Source of the DNA: an uncultured Clostridia bacterium | GTDB taxonomy: Bacteria; Bacillota; Clostridia; Christensenellales; UBA1242 | Reading direction: 5' to 3' | Length of the DNA: 64,000 bases | NCBI GenBank assembly: GCA_944341445.1 | Contig: CALVLZ010000006.1 | Span: forward strand, 70,738 to 134,737 | Part shown: in pieces, positions 49,570-60,600 of the stretch | Layout of the letters: each line of letters opens with the position of its first letter | Position numbering within the stretch: position 1 is the stretch's first letter | Made by a program: the position numbers and the translations under genes | Notes under the pieces: model-generated | What the model was told of the DNA's origin: nothing | What the model saw: only the letters and a program-made list of their open reading frames with translations | The model's database searches: none

Positions 49570-50130
49570 ATGCAAAACAAAGAAGTTAAAGCAAACGATA
49601 GAAAATCTAACGATAAAAGAAAATTTAATAAACCTGTCGTTGAAGATTCTATTCAAAATAAATTAGTAAACGTAAACCGTGTAACAAAAGTTGTTAAAGG
49701 TGGTAGAACAATGCGTTTTGCAGCTCTTGTTGTTGCAGGCGATAAACAAGGTAAAGTTGGTGTTGGAACAGGAAAATCTGCAGAAGTTCCTACAGCTATT
49801 GAAAAAGCAACACTTGCAGCAAAAAAGAACATGGTTAAAATTTCTTTAAAAGGAACAACAATTCCTCATGAAGTTATTGGTGTGTTCGGAAAAAGCCAAG
49901 TTAAATTAATGCCATCACCAGAAGGAACAGGAGTTATTGCAGGTGGTGCAGTTCGTCCTGTTGTTGAATTGGTTGGTATTAAAGATATCACTGCAAAAGT
50001 TTACGGCTCAAGAAATAAAGCAAACTGCGTAAAAGCAACTCTTAGTGCTTTAATGCAATTAAAAAATGCTGAAGAAATTGCTGCTCTTCGTGGAAAAACT
50101 GTTGAAGAAATTCTAGGAAAGGCAGAATAA
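49570..50130 (+). CDS. rpsE: 30S ribosomal protein S5
   Basis: [12 protein letters not shown] motif. It has a ~20-aa basic N-terminal extension. Confidence 0.98.
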   Translation: MQNKEVKANDRKSNDKRKFNKPVVEDSIQNKLVNVNRVTKVVKGGRTMRFAALVVAGDKQGKVGVGTGKSAEVPTAIEKATLAAKKNMVKISLKGTTIPHEVIGVFGKSQVKLMPSPEGTGVIAGGAVRPVVELVGIKDITAKVYGSRNKANCVKATLSALMQLKNAEEIAALRGKTVEEILGKAE

Positions 50131-50140
50131 GAGGTGAAAT

Positions 50141-50584
50141 ATGGCAGAAGTTAAAGAAACTAAAAAAACAACATCTAAAAAAGCAACAACTAAAACTGTT
50201 GCAGAAAAAACAACAACAAAAAAACCAGCAACAAAAACTGCTACTAAAAAAGAAACTGTTAAAAAAGTAGAAGAAAAACCAGCAACAACAAAAAAAGTTG
50301 TTGAGAAAAAAGAAACTGTTAAAAAAGCTCCTGCTAAAGTAGAAGCTAACAAAACAGAAGTTGCTGAAGTTAAAACAAACAAAAAAGCAAGCAAAGCTGC
50401 AAACAAAACTTTAAGAGTTACACTTGTTAAAAGTTGCATTGGTTTCCCAAAAGATCAACGCAAAATTGTAGTTGCGCTTGGATTAAATAAATTAAATTCT
50501 TCTAACGAACTTGTTGATAATGCTTGCGTTCGCGGTATGATTTTCAAAGTTAAACACTTAGTTCGTGTTGAAGAAATTAAGTAG
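50141..50584 (+). CDS. rpmD: 50S ribosomal protein L30 with an 88-aa Lys/Thr/Ala-rich N-terminal extension
   Basis: The C-terminal 59 aa ([30 protein letters not shown]...) is a normal L30. The preceding 88 aa is low-complexity and contains KKETVKK twice. Confidence 0.9.
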   Translation: MAEVKETKKTTSKKATTKTVAEKTTTKKPATKTATKKETVKKVEEKPATTKKVVEKKETVKKAPAKVEANKTEVAEVKTNKKASKAANKTLRVTLVKSCIGFPKDQRKIVVALGLNKLNSSNELVDNACVRGMIFKVKHLVRVEEIK

Positions 50585-50593
50585 GAGGCTTAT

Positions 50594-51040
50594 ATGAAAT
50601 TACATCAAATGGCACCTGCTCCTAATAGCACAAAAGCACCAAAAAGAATTGGTCGTGGTATTGGTTCAGGACTTGGAAAAACAAGTGGTAAAGGTCATAA
50701 AGGCCAAAATGCAAGAAGTGGCGGCGGAGTTAGACCAGGATTTGAAGGTAACCAAATGCCTTTAACACGCAGACTTCCAAAAAGAGGTTTTAAAAACGCA
50801 GATTTTAAAAAGGAATATAACACAATTAATGTTAGTGACCTTAACAAATTTGAAGATAAAACAGTTGTAACTGTTGAATTACTAAAAGAAAAAAATATTA
50901 TTAGTAAAATCGCCCCTTATGGATTAAAAGTGTTGGGAAATGGAAAATTAGAGAAATCTCTAAATGTTAAAGCTGCAAAATTTTCAAATTCTGCAATACA
51001 AAAAATCAATGAGGCTGGTGGAAAAGCAGAGGTACTATAA
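50594..51040 (+). CDS. rplO: 50S ribosomal protein L15
   Basis: [19 protein letters not shown]. Confidence 0.99.
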   Translation: MKLHQMAPAPNSTKAPKRIGRGIGSGLGKTSGKGHKGQNARSGGGVRPGFEGNQMPLTRRLPKRGFKNADFKKEYNTINVSDLNKFEDKTVVTVELLKEKNIISKIAPYGLKVLGNGKLEKSLNVKAAKFSNSAIQKINEAGGKAEVL

Positions 51041-52350
51041 TGTTTAAAACAATAGTAAATGCTTTCAAAGTTAAAAGTATTCGCAATAAAATTTTATTAA
51101 CTCTTGCTTTGCTTTTAATTTATAGAATTGGTTGCTGGATTCCTGTTGCAGGAATTGTTCCAGATGCATTTAAAGAAGCAATTTTCGGTGAAAATGCAGT
51201 TGGTGGCGACTTTTTACAATTAATGTCTTCTGTTAGTGGTGGAGCATTATCAAACGCTGCAATTTTAGCTCTTGGTGTTACTCCATACATTAGCGCAACA
51301 ATTATAATTCAATTATTAGTTTACGCAATTCCTGCGCTTGAAAGATTAAGTAAAGCTGGGGAAGAAGGTAGAAGAAAAATTGATTTATATTCAAAAATAT
51401 GTGCTTTAATTTTGGCATTTGTTCAAGCAATTGCAATTGTTGTAACATACCAGAGCACATTAAATACTCATTTATTTGGAAGCAAAGAATCTCCTATTTG
51501 GTTAGTTGGCTCTTTGGTTACTTTAATGCTTGTTGCAGGCTCAATGTTCACATATTGGCTTGGTGAAAAAATAACTGAAATTGGAATTGGCAATGGTGTA
51601 TCATTATTAATTTTTGTTGGTATACTTTCATCTGCAGGTTCTGCACTTTTATCAAATATAACAAGCATTGCAAATGGCGATATGAGTGGAATTTGGCAAT
51701 TGGTATTATTTATAGTTGCTTTAATATTCATTTTTGGTTTTATTGTGTTTATGGATTTATCAGAACGTAGAATACCTGTTAAATACGCAAAACAAATAAG
51801 AGGCAGAAAAATGTATGAAGGCAAAGATACTGTTATTCCAATTAAACTTAATTCAAGTGGTGTTATGCCAATTATTTTTGCAATGAGTATTATCACATTC
51901 CCACAACTTTTAATGAGCTTGTTCTGGCCAACAAGTAAAGCTTATGCTGTTTACTCAAATTGGTTAGGGGCTGGTAGCTGGATCTATTTAGTGGTTCTTG
52001 GCTTTTTAATTGTTTTCTTCTCATTTTTCTGGAATAGTTTAACTTTCCAACCATATGAAATTGCAAAAAATTTGCAACAAAATGGCGGAATTATTAAAAA
52101 TGTTAAACCAGGAAAAGAAACAGCAGAAAAATTAAGTAAAATATTAAAAAGAATTACTTTATTTGGTTCATTGTTCCTAATTGTTGTTGCTGTTATTCCA
52201 TCTTTAATTTTCAAAGCTATTGGAACAGGTGGATTAATTAACGCATTTAGTGCAACAGGTTTGTTAATTGTTGTATCAGTAGCACTAGAGTTCGATAAAA
52301 ACTTAGAAACTCAAATGATTATGACTAATCATAAAGGATTTTTAAAATAG
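51040..52350 (+). CDS. secY: Preprotein translocase subunit SecY
   Basis: 436-aa ORF with a 10-TM pattern and typical SecY blocks. Its start overlaps the rplO stop. Confidence 0.99.
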   Translation: MFKTIVNAFKVKSIRNKILLTLALLLIYRIGCWIPVAGIVPDAFKEAIFGENAVGGDFLQLMSSVSGGALSNAAILALGVTPYISATIIIQLLVYAIPALERLSKAGEEGRRKIDLYSKICALILAFVQAIAIVVTYQSTLNTHLFGSKESPIWLVGSLVTLMLVAGSMFTYWLGEKITEIGIGNGVSLLIFVGILSSAGSALLSNITSIANGDMSGIWQLVLFIVALIFIFGFIVFMDLSERRIPVKYAKQIRGRKMYEGKDTVIPIKLNSSGVMPIIFAMSIITFPQLLMSLFWPTSKAYAVYSNWLGAGSWIYLVVLGFLIVFFSFFWNSLTFQPYEIAKNLQQNGGIIKNVKPGKETAEKLSKILKRITLFGSLFLIVVAVIPSLIFKAIGTGGLINAFSATGLLIVVSVALEFDKNLETQMIMTNHKGFLK

Positions 52351-52365
52351 CTATTGGTTTTAAAC

Positions 52366-52394
52366 TTGTAATAAATATGAAAATATGTTATAAT
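52366..52394 (+). promoter_or_regulatory. Internal sigma-A type promoter before adk
   Basis: TTGTAA, 17-nt spacer, TATAAT, with a TGt extended -10 element. Confidence 0.55.
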
Positions 52395-52428
52395 TTAATG
52401 TTAGATTAAATTAAGTATTCGAGGATTT

Positions 52429-53061
52429 ATGAAAATTATTTTATTAGGTGCCCCTGGGTGTGGGAAAGGAACTCAGGCTGTTAAAATTCAAAACAAATTT
52501 GGAATTAAACATGTTTCAAGTGGAGATTTATTTAGAGCAGCAATTAGTTCTGGCACACCCATTGGTAATCTTGCAAAAGAATATATGAATAAAGGACAAC
52601 TTGTTCCTGATAATGTTACCATTGAACTTGTTAAAAACACATTGCAAGCAAAAATTGAAGATGGTAGCTTAGAAAATGGTTTTATGCTAGATGGATTTCC
52701 TAGAACTTTAGATCAAGCAAAAGAACTACAAAAATTTATGGATATTGATTTAGTTTTGTACTTTGAAATATCCAACGATAAAGTTTTAGAAAGAATTGCA
52801 AAAAGAAAGTTTTGTTCAAAATGCAAAGAAAATTATGTTGCAGGTGATGATTTTACAACTTGCACAAAATGTGGCGGAAAGATTGTTAGAAGAGATGATG
52901 ACGATCCTGAAGTTGCAAAAAAACGACTTGAAGTTTACGAAAAACAAACATTCCCATTAATTGAATATTACAAGGAATTGGGAATTTTGAAAACAATTAA
53001 TGCAGATCAACCTCAAGAAAAGGTTGAACAAGATATAAATGTTTTATTAGGTGAAGTTTAA
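52429..53061 (+). CDS. adk: Adenylate kinase (Zn-lid form)
   Basis: GAPGCGKGTQ P-loop. The lid has cysteines CSKC...CTKCG. Confidence 0.98.
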   Translation: MKIILLGAPGCGKGTQAVKIQNKFGIKHVSSGDLFRAAISSGTPIGNLAKEYMNKGQLVPDNVTIELVKNTLQAKIEDGSLENGFMLDGFPRTLDQAKELQKFMDIDLVLYFEISNDKVLERIAKRKFCSKCKENYVAGDDFTTCTKCGGKIVRRDDDDPEVAKKRLEVYEKQTFPLIEYYKELGILKTINADQPQEKVEQDINVLLGEV

Positions 53062-53807
53062 TGATTAAAGTTAAATCGGAAGAAGAGCTGGTTTTAATGA
53101 GAAAGGCGTGTGAAATAACACGAGATACGTTGAACTTAATTAAGCAAAATATTAAGCCTAATGTTACAACTAAAGAATTAGATAAAATAGCCTATGACTT
53201 TATAATAAGCAAAGGTGCAAAGCCAAGCTTTCTACATTATGAAGGTTATCCATATTCAATATGTGCTTCAGTTAATGAAGAAATTGTGCACGGTTTTCCA
53301 AGCCAAAACAAGGTTTTGAAAGAAGGTGACATAATTAGTATTGATGTGGGCGCTTGTTACAAAGGATATAATGGCGATGCAGCAAGAACATTTCCTGTTG
53401 GAAAAATAAGTGCTAAGAATAAACGTTTGATTAAGATAACCGAAGAAAGTTTCTTTGAAGGCATTAAAGGTCTTAAAGCTGGTGCCTTTGTTGGAGATAT
53501 ATCTCATAAAATTCAAACTTATGTTGAAAAAAATGGTTATTCAATTGTAAGAGAACTTGTTGGACACGGTGTTGGAAAAAATCTGCACGAAGATCCTATG
53601 GTTCCTAACTATGGAAAATCTGGTTATGGTGCAAAATTAAATAAAAACACAACAATTGCCATTGAACCTATGGTTAATATGGGTGAGAGATATGTTGAAT
53701 TTATGCCAAACGGATGGACCTGCGTAACTAGAGATGGATTGCCAGCTGCACATTATGAAAACACTGTTTTAATAACAGAAGATGGCGTTGAAATTTTAAC
53801 ATTATAA
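53061..53807 (+). CDS. map: Methionine aminopeptidase type I
   Basis: Typical MAP blocks: the metal-site DVGACYKGYNGD block, the conserved H in EEIVHGFP, and GHGVG. Confidence 0.97.
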   Translation: MIKVKSEEELVLMRKACEITRDTLNLIKQNIKPNVTTKELDKIAYDFIISKGAKPSFLHYEGYPYSICASVNEEIVHGFPSQNKVLKEGDIISIDVGACYKGYNGDAARTFPVGKISAKNKRLIKITEESFFEGIKGLKAGAFVGDISHKIQTYVEKNGYSIVRELVGHGVGKNLHEDPMVPNYGKSGYGAKLNKNTTIAIEPMVNMGERYVEFMPNGWTCVTRDGLPAAHYENTVLITEDGVEILTL

Positions 53808-53819
53808 GGTTGGTGCATT

Positions 53820-54065
53820 TTGCAAATAGGTGATATCGTAAAATCAATAAAAGGTAGAGATATTAATAACATATACATGGTAAAAGATATTAATAATGGA
53901 TATTGTTATTTAATAGATGGTAAAAAGAACCACTACTTAAAACCTAAAAAGAAAAATTTGAAACATGTTAGGTTAATTGAAAATTTTGCCATATGTTTTA
54001 AACAATTTAAAAATGCAAATAGCATCAATAATAATGTAATAGAAAAGCTAAAAATATATAAATAA
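53820..54065 (+). CDS. KOW-domain RNA-binding protein (B. subtilis YbzG-like), TTG start
   Basis: IGDIVKSIKGRD...YLIDGKKNHYLKPKKKNLKHV. It occupies the conserved position between map and infA. Confidence 0.7.
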   Translation: MQIGDIVKSIKGRDINNIYMVKDINNGYCYLIDGKKNHYLKPKKKNLKHVRLIENFAICFKQFKNANSINNNVIEKLKIYK

Positions 54066-54084
54066 TTTTTAGGAGGCCAAAAAA

Positions 54085-54312
54085 TTGTCTAGAGAAGACC
54101 TTATTGAAATTGAAGGAGAAGTTATTGAAGTTTTAAGAAATGCAAATTTCAAAGTTAAACTTGTTAATGGCTTTGTTATAACTGCATATTTAAGCGGAAA
54201 ACTTCATTTAAACAATATAAGAATCTTAGCAGGCGATCAAGTTAAAGTTGAAATGTCGCCATATGATGTAACCAAGGGAAGAATTACTTGGCGTTTAAAA
54301 TCAAAAAATTAG
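54085..54312 (+). CDS. infA: Translation initiation factor IF-1 (TTG start)
   Basis: The aggagg RBS lies 8 nt before the TTG. The sequence [12 protein letters not shown]...[14 protein letters not shown] is typical IF-1. Confidence 0.95.
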   Translation: MSREDLIEIEGEVIEVLRNANFKVKLVNGFVITAYLSGKLHLNNIRILAGDQVKVEMSPYDVTKGRITWRLKSKN

Positions 54313-54322
54313 GAGAAAGATT

Positions 54323-54439
54323 ATGAAAGTTAGAGCATCTGTTAAACCTATGTGTGATAAGTGCAAAGTTATTAAAAGAAATGGTAAAGTTATGGTTATT
54401 TGTTCAAAATACAAAAAACATAAACAAACACAAGGTTAA
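54323..54439 (+). CDS. rpmJ: 50S ribosomal protein L36 (Zn-binding form); below the 60-aa cut-off of the ORF track
   Basis: Read from the sequence: [46 protein letters not shown] is present. Confidence 0.95.
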   Translation: MKVRASVKPMCDKCKVIKRNGKVMVICSKYKKHKQTQG

Positions 54440-54456
54440 TAAATAAAAAACAAGCA

Positions 54457-54485
54457 TTGTTAATTTAAAAAAATAATGCTATAAT
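54457..54485 (+). promoter_or_regulatory. Internal sigma-A type promoter of the alpha operon
   Basis: TTGTTA, 17-nt spacer, TATAAT, with a TGc extended -10 element. Confidence 0.6.
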
Positions 54486-54504
54486 CATAAAGTTAAAAAT
54501 AACT

Positions 54505-54543
54505 GCAAATAGGCGGCTGTATGATTTTTCATATTCTATTTGC
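54505..54543 (+). promoter_or_regulatory. Hairpin in the rpsM leader
   Basis: An 8-bp stem pairs gcaaatag with ctatttgc, enclosing 23 nt. Confidence 0.35.
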
Positions 54544-54597
54544 GTTCACATATATAAAAAAAATAATAATATTGAAACAATATACGGAGGAACATAA

Positions 54598-54975
54598 ATG
54601 GCTCGTATTGCTGGAATTGATTTACCAAAGGAAAAAAGAGTTGAAATTGGTTTAACTTACATATTTGGAATTGGTAGACAAACTTCTAATAAAATTTTAA
54701 AAGAAACAAAAATAAATCCAGATACACGTGTTAAAGATTTAACAGAAGATGAAGTGGCTGCACTTCGTGCTTACATTGAAAAGAACTGCGTTGTTGAAGG
54801 TGACTTACAAAGAGAAGTTTCTTTAAATATTAAAAGACTACAAGAAATTGGTTGCTATCGTGGAATTCGCCATAGAAAAAATTTACCAGTTCGTGGTCAA
54901 AACACAAAACAAAATGCAAGAACTAGAAAAGGTCCAAAGAAAACCGTTTCTAAAAGCAAAAAACCTACAAAATAA
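54598..54975 (+). CDS. rpsM: 30S ribosomal protein S13
   Basis: [14 protein letters not shown]. Confidence 0.99.
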   Translation: MARIAGIDLPKEKRVEIGLTYIFGIGRQTSNKILKETKINPDTRVKDLTEDEVAALRAYIEKNCVVEGDLQREVSLNIKRLQEIGCYRGIRHRKNLPVRGQNTKQNARTRKGPKKTVSKSKKPTK

Positions 54976-54999
54976 AGGTTAAGTTAAAGGAGTTTTACA

Positions 55000-55395
55000 A
55001 TGGCTGTTAAGAAAAAAACTACTACAAAAAGAAAAAAATCAACTAAAAATTTAGACAAAGGTGCTGCTCATATTTCCACATCTTTTAATAACACTATTGT
55101 TACTATAACAGACGAAAACGGAAATAAAATTTCAGGTGCAAGTGCTGGAACATTACATTTAAGTGGTTCTAGAAAAAGCACTCCTTTTGCTGCTCAAGAA
55201 GTTGCAAAAAAAGCAGCAGACAGTGCAGTGGCTCAAGGTTTAAAAAGCGTAGATGTTTACGTTAAAGGCCCTGGTGCAGGACGTGAAAGTGCTATAAGAG
55301 CACTTCAAGCAGCTGGTTTGATGATTACTATGATTAAAGACGTTTCATCAATCCCACATAACGGTTGCCGTCCACCAAAACGTAGAAGAATATAA
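55000..55395 (+). CDS. rpsK: 30S ribosomal protein S11
   Basis: Typical S11 sequence ending in [12 protein letters not shown]. Confidence 0.99.
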   Translation: MAVKKKTTTKRKKSTKNLDKGAAHISTSFNNTIVTITDENGNKISGASAGTLHLSGSRKSTPFAAQEVAKKAADSAVAQGLKSVDVYVKGPGAGRESAIRALQAAGLMITMIKDVSSIPHNGCRPPKRRRI

Positions 55396-55415
55396 TAAGG
55401 AGAAGTGTGAATAGT

Positions 55416-56042
55416 ATGGCTAAATATACAGGTGCGGATTGCAAATTATGCCGCCGCGAAGGTTGCAAACTTTTCTTAAAAGGTGAAAGATGCCTTACTA
55501 AGAAATGCGCAATGGAAAGACGTCCAATGGCTCCAGGTGTTCATGGCGCTGCTAAAAAGAAACTTACAGAGTATGGCCGTCAATTAAGAGAAAAACAAAA
55601 AGTTAAAAGAGCTTATGGATTGCAAGAAAAACAATTCTATAAATATTATGAAATGGCTGAAAATATGAATGGTATAACAGGTGAAAACATGTTATCATTA
55701 CTAGAACGCAGACTTGATAATGTTGTTTATAGAATGGGTATTGGTGCATCTCGTGCAGAAAGTCGCCAAATTGTAAATCATGGACATATAACTGTTAATG
55801 GCAAAACTGTTAACATTCCATCATACCTAGTTAAAGTTGATGATGTTATTGCTATTAAAGAAAACAAAAAAGAACTTCCAATGTTCAAAAACTTAAAAGA
55901 TGTTAAAGTTATCATGCCAAAATGGTTGGAATTTAACGCTGAAAAATTAAGTGGAAAAATTAATGCTTTACCACAAAGAGATGATGTGGATTCTAACTTA
56001 AATATTCAAGAACACTTAATTATTGAGTTGTATTCTAAATAA
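55416..56042 (+). CDS. rpsD: 30S ribosomal protein S4 (Zn-finger form)
   Basis: [31 protein letters not shown]. The ATG at 55416 matches the homologue N-termini. The GTG at 55407 from the ORF track was rejected. Confidence 0.95.
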   Translation: MAKYTGADCKLCRREGCKLFLKGERCLTKKCAMERRPMAPGVHGAAKKKLTEYGRQLREKQKVKRAYGLQEKQFYKYYEMAENMNGITGENMLSLLERRLDNVVYRMGIGASRAESRQIVNHGHITVNGKTVNIPSYLVKVDDVIAIKENKKELPMFKNLKDVKVIMPKWLEFNAEKLSGKINALPQRDDVDSNLNIQEHLIIELYSK

Positions 56043-56073
56043 TAAATAATTTATAAAGTGAGGAATTTTTCGT

Positions 56074-57027
56074 ATGATGACAATCGAAAAACCAAAAATT
56101 ACCTGTGAAGAAACTAATAATGGTTGTTTTGCAAGATTTATTGTTGAACCTTTAGACAGAGGATTTGGAATAACTCTAGGCAACTGCTTAAGAAGAGTTT
56201 TATTATCAGCTCTTCCAGGTGCTGCTGCTGTTGGCATCAAAATTAATGGAGTTCAACATGAATTTAGCAGCATTAAAGGTGTTATGGAAGATGTTGTTGA
56301 TATTGTTTTAAACATTAAAAATTTAGCAGTTAAAACAACAGACACTAACATGGATTTCAACACTATTTTGCGTATTAACAAATATGGTGCAGGAGAAGTT
56401 ACTGCAGCAGATTTTGAACCAAATGACCAAGTTGAAATTTTAAATCCAGAATTGCACATATGCACAATGAACGATGGCGCTTCATTTGAAATGGAAGTAT
56501 TTATTGGAAGAGGTCGCGGATACGTTCCTGCAGATAGAAATAAAAGTGAAGATAGCCCAATTGGTTATATTGCAATTGATAGTATTTTTACACCTGTTAA
56601 AAAGGTAAATTATTTTGTTCAACAAACACGTGTTGGTCAAAGCATTGACTATGACAAATTAACAATTGAAGTTGAAACAAATGGAACATTGTCTGCAAGA
56701 GAAGTTATTAGCCTTTCAGGAAAATTAATTCAAGATCACATTGCACTATTTGTTGATCTTGTTGAAAGTATGTCTCAAATGGATATTTTGGTTAGCAGAG
56801 AAGAAGACAAGCAAACTAAAGTTCTTGAAATGACAATTGAAGATATGGATTTATCTGTTCGTTCTTACAATTGCTTAAAGAGAGCTGGAATTTGCACTGT
56901 TGAAGATTTAACTAAAAAATCTGAAGCAGATTTAGCAAAAGTTAAGAACTTAGGAAAACGCTCTTTAGAGGAAGTAGCACAAAAACTTGAAAGCTATGGA
57001 TTAAGTTTAAGAAACGATGAGGAATAA
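56074..57027 (+). CDS. rpoA: DNA-directed RNA polymerase alpha subunit
   Basis: The 317-aa ORF has N-terminal-domain and C-terminal-domain motifs (LSVRSYNCLKRAGI). Confidence 0.99.
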   Translation: MMTIEKPKITCEETNNGCFARFIVEPLDRGFGITLGNCLRRVLLSALPGAAAVGIKINGVQHEFSSIKGVMEDVVDIVLNIKNLAVKTTDTNMDFNTILRINKYGAGEVTAADFEPNDQVEILNPELHICTMNDGASFEMEVFIGRGRGYVPADRNKSEDSPIGYIAIDSIFTPVKKVNYFVQQTRVGQSIDYDKLTIEVETNGTLSAREVISLSGKLIQDHIALFVDLVESMSQMDILVSREEDKQTKVLEMTIEDMDLSVRSYNCLKRAGICTVEDLTKKSEADLAKVKNLGKRSLEEVAQKLESYGLSLRNDEE

Positions 57028-57043
57028 TTAAAGGAGTATAAGC

Positions 57044-57544
57044 ATGAGAAAGTTAGGTAGACCAACAGACGAAAGAATGGCATTACTACGTAACCAAGCA
57101 ACTAATTTGCTTTGGAATGGTAAAATTGAAACTACTTTAGATAAAGCTAAAGAAGTTAAAAGATATGCTGAAAAAATTTTAACTCTTGCAATTAACTCTT
57201 ATGATGATGCCATTAAAGTAACAAAAAAAGTTAATGAAAATGGAACAAAAGTTGAAAAAGAGTTTATAAATGATGGTGTTAAAAAACTTAATGCAAGACG
57301 TTCAATTATGAGTAAACTTTACATTGTAAAAGAACAACGTGCTGTTAAGGAATCTGCAGATGCATTTAAAGCAAGAACTAAAGATATTAAATACCCATTA
57401 ATTGAAAAGATCTTTAATGAATTAGCTCCAAAATATGCTAAACGCAAAGAAGAACTTGGAATTGGTGGTGGATACACTAGAATTATCAAACTTGGCACAC
57501 GTCAAGGCGATAATGCACAAATGGCTATTTTAGAATTAATCTAA
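57044..57544 (+). CDS. rplQ: 50S ribosomal protein L17 (166 aa, with internal insertions)
   Basis: LGRPTDERMALLRN...GGYTRIIKLGTRQGDNAQMAILELI. Confidence 0.97.
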   Translation: MRKLGRPTDERMALLRNQATNLLWNGKIETTLDKAKEVKRYAEKILTLAINSYDDAIKVTKKVNENGTKVEKEFINDGVKKLNARRSIMSKLYIVKEQRAVKESADAFKARTKDIKYPLIEKIFNELAPKYAKRKEELGIGGGYTRIIKLGTRQGDNAQMAILELI

Positions 57545-57564
57545 TAATTAGCAGAGATAACTTA

Positions 57565-57598
57565 AAAAGCAAGTTGTTACTTGCTTTTTCTTTTTTTT
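57565..57598 (+). terminator. Rho-independent terminator after rplQ
   Basis: Hairpin aaaagcaagt-tgtt-acttgctttt followed by a T-run. Confidence 0.85.
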
Positions 57599-57626
57599 GA
57601 AAATTTAACAAAAGAATAATGCGGAT

Positions 57627-60600
57627 ATGGTTAAGAAAAATATATTTTTATTTATATGTTTATTTTTTAGTTGCCTAGTTTTAGGCGCTTGCGGGAATAA
57701 AGTTGATGCGAATGCAGAGAAATATGCAACAAGCATCGAGATTAGTGAAGATAATATTAGTGTTTGTGTTGATGAAACAATTAATTTAGATGAATATGTG
57801 AAAATTAATCCAAGTAAGGCAACTGTGTCTTATGAGGTTTTTTGCAACAATAAAAATGCTCAAATAGATAGACATAAAGTTTTATTTAAAAGCGTTGGAA
57901 CATATATTCTTGAAATTAAGGCGAAATCAAATATTAACGAATATATAAAACAAAATTTTGTAGTTAATGTTATTGAAAAACCTGTTTATATTAAAACAAT
58001 TTCTTTTGAAAAAGAAAACGTTGTTATAAATATGCCGGATGTTATAACAAACAAAGTAACAGTTTTACCTAATAATTACAATATGAAATTGAATGTTTAT
58101 TACTCTAATTCCAATATTGTTAATTATGATATTTCAACAGGCAAAATAACTCCAATTTCGGTGGGTGAAACTAATATTTATGTTTCAGGCAAGGGTGAAA
58201 ATGATACAACTGTTGTTGCTAAATGTTCTGTTAAAGTTACAAATTTTATTTATGCAACAGATTTTTATATTGAAAATGTTGCTGAAAATGGAACTATTAC
58301 AATTTCCACAAATTCTTCAACAAAGCTAAACTACAAATTAGAACCTCTAAATTGCAATATGGATATTGAATTAATAAGTAATAATACTAATTTAATTAAT
58401 ATTGTTAACGGTGAACTTGTAACAAATGATTTAGTTGGTGAAACAGAAATTATTGCAAAAGTAAAAACTGCTGAAGATAAATATATAGAAAGGATTATAA
58501 AAGTTGTAGTTATTAAACCTACAAGTAATATATCATTATTAGTTCAGTATAATAACGAAAGTGTTGATTATGGGTTTATAGATAGCAATAATAATTATAA
58601 ATTAATTATTGAAAATGCAGAAAATATTGATATATCAAAATTAAAAATAGAAAGCGAAAATATCAACATTTTAAGAAGTGAAGTAGATGATGATAAGTTA
58701 TATTATTATTTTATTTTTAAAAATGCAGGCAACACAATTATTAATGTTTCATATGATAATCAACTTTATAGTGATAATTTAGTTATTAATAATGAAATAG
58801 ATATAGACGTATATAATAAAATAGAAAGTTTTAATTATCAATTATTAAAAAATGGAAATGAATCAAACTTAGAGAGCTTAAACAATCTTTATTTAGTAGA
58901 AGATACTTATAAAGAGCAAGCAATATTAGATAATTTTGCAATATTTAATGTTTTACAATTAAATTTAGACAACAACATTAAAGAAAATAACTATATAATA
59001 TATTCTACTAATAATGAAATCATTAGGTTTGAAAATAATAAAATAATTGGAGTTAGTGAAGGAACCGCACAAATAGTTATAAAATCTTTGGATGAAGATG
59101 CAATTGAAGAATATATTGATTTCAAGGTTGAAAAAATTTATCCGCAAAGTATCGAGTGTGAAGATGAAATAAATTTATATGTCAATGCAACTGGAACATT
59201 AATTGAAAATTATAAAATTGATTATTCATATTGGCCAAATTATGCATATAACGATATAAAATATGGAATCGAAAATACAAATATTGCAACAATAGAAGAT
59301 GGTGTTGTTAAAGCTAAAAGCCAAGGCTATACATATTTAAATTTAGAAAGTAGTAATTTCACAAAAAGAATAAAAATAAACTGCATTTATAACATAACAC
59401 ACTTTATTGTTAATGATGATGTAACAGGTTCAGAGATTAATAATATTGATAATTTTGTTGGAGATGTTTGCAAGGTTTTATATGTGAATGCTTATTCAAA
59501 TAATGAAAATTTAATTTTGAATAAAAATTTTGAAATTATTTTAGACGAGAATCTAGAAAGATATAAAGACAATATCCTTGTTGTAAATAACACAATACAA
59601 ATTAATTTTAACTGTGAAATGAGTGGCAAAATTATTATTCAATCAAAGTTAGATAGTTCAATTAAACATGAAATAAATGTCTCAGTTTTAAATAAAGTTT
59701 TAATTTCAGAAATGTTTTTTGAAAATGAAAATGTGAAAATTAATCTTGCAACAGATGATAAAATTGTTCTAAATAAATTAAATGTATTCCCAGAAATTAA
59801 CAATGATAAAATTGTTTATGAATCTTCAAATACAGATGTTGCAATAGTTGATGAAGACGGTGTTGTTAATATTGTTGGTGTGGGTAATTGTGAAATATAT
59901 GCAAAAGCAACAAACATAACAGTTAAGTTTAATGTTGAAGTTTATAACGAAATTAAAATTGAAACTTTGCAATTTGAGAAAGCTGAAATAACTATAAATT
60001 TAAAAGATAGTGTTAAAGATAATAATAAATTAAATATTTACCCAATAAATCATACAGAAGAAATTAAATATTTTTCTTCAAACACTAATGTGGCTTTAAT
60101 TGATGAAGCAAGTGGAGAATTAACAATACTTGCAGAAGGTGAAACAATAATAACAGCTGAATCGAGTAGCGGTAAAACTGCCTCATATTCTTTAATTGTT
60201 GTTAATTATTTAGAAATAAAAACTTATGAAGATTTCACAAAGTTAAACAATGGTGGCATTTATTATTTAGTTAATGACATAAACTTTGGTGAATATGACA
60301 TATCTGCACCATTTAACTTAAATGGAAGACTTATGGGTAATAATCACACAATATATAATCTAAAAAGCACATTGTTTGATGAAATATCTAAAAATGCATC
60401 TGTTGAAAATCTAAATATTAGTTGTGCTGATGGTTTTGCAAGTGAAAGTAATTCTATATTATGTAATTCAAACAATGGAACAATAAAAGGAGTTAATTTT
60501 GAAGGTTCTATTGTGAGTGAGAATAGTAATCTAAACATAATTTGCAATGATAACTTTGGCACAATTGAAAATTGTGTGGTTAATTCCAATGTTAAATTTT

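Noticed and set aside
50113-50439. 108-aa minus-strand ORF. Similar shadow ORFs occur at 47166-47478, 21186-21434, 16790-17167, 3894-4208, 13244-13552 and elsewhere.
   Set aside because: All of them lie antisense to, or out of frame within, strongly conserved genes (rpmD, rplX, rplL, secE, rpoB, tuf). Their open frames are a by-product of low-complexity or AT-rich coding sequence on the other strand. They have no RBS.
54085-54087. Non-ATG starts (TTG for infA and the YbzG-like gene, GTG for rplJ) as something unusual.
   Set aside because: infA and rplJ have well-spaced Shine-Dalgarno sequences (the YbzG-like gene's is weaker), and all three give homologue-consistent N-termini. Alternative start codons are common in Firmicutes, so I treat these as ordinary annotation details.
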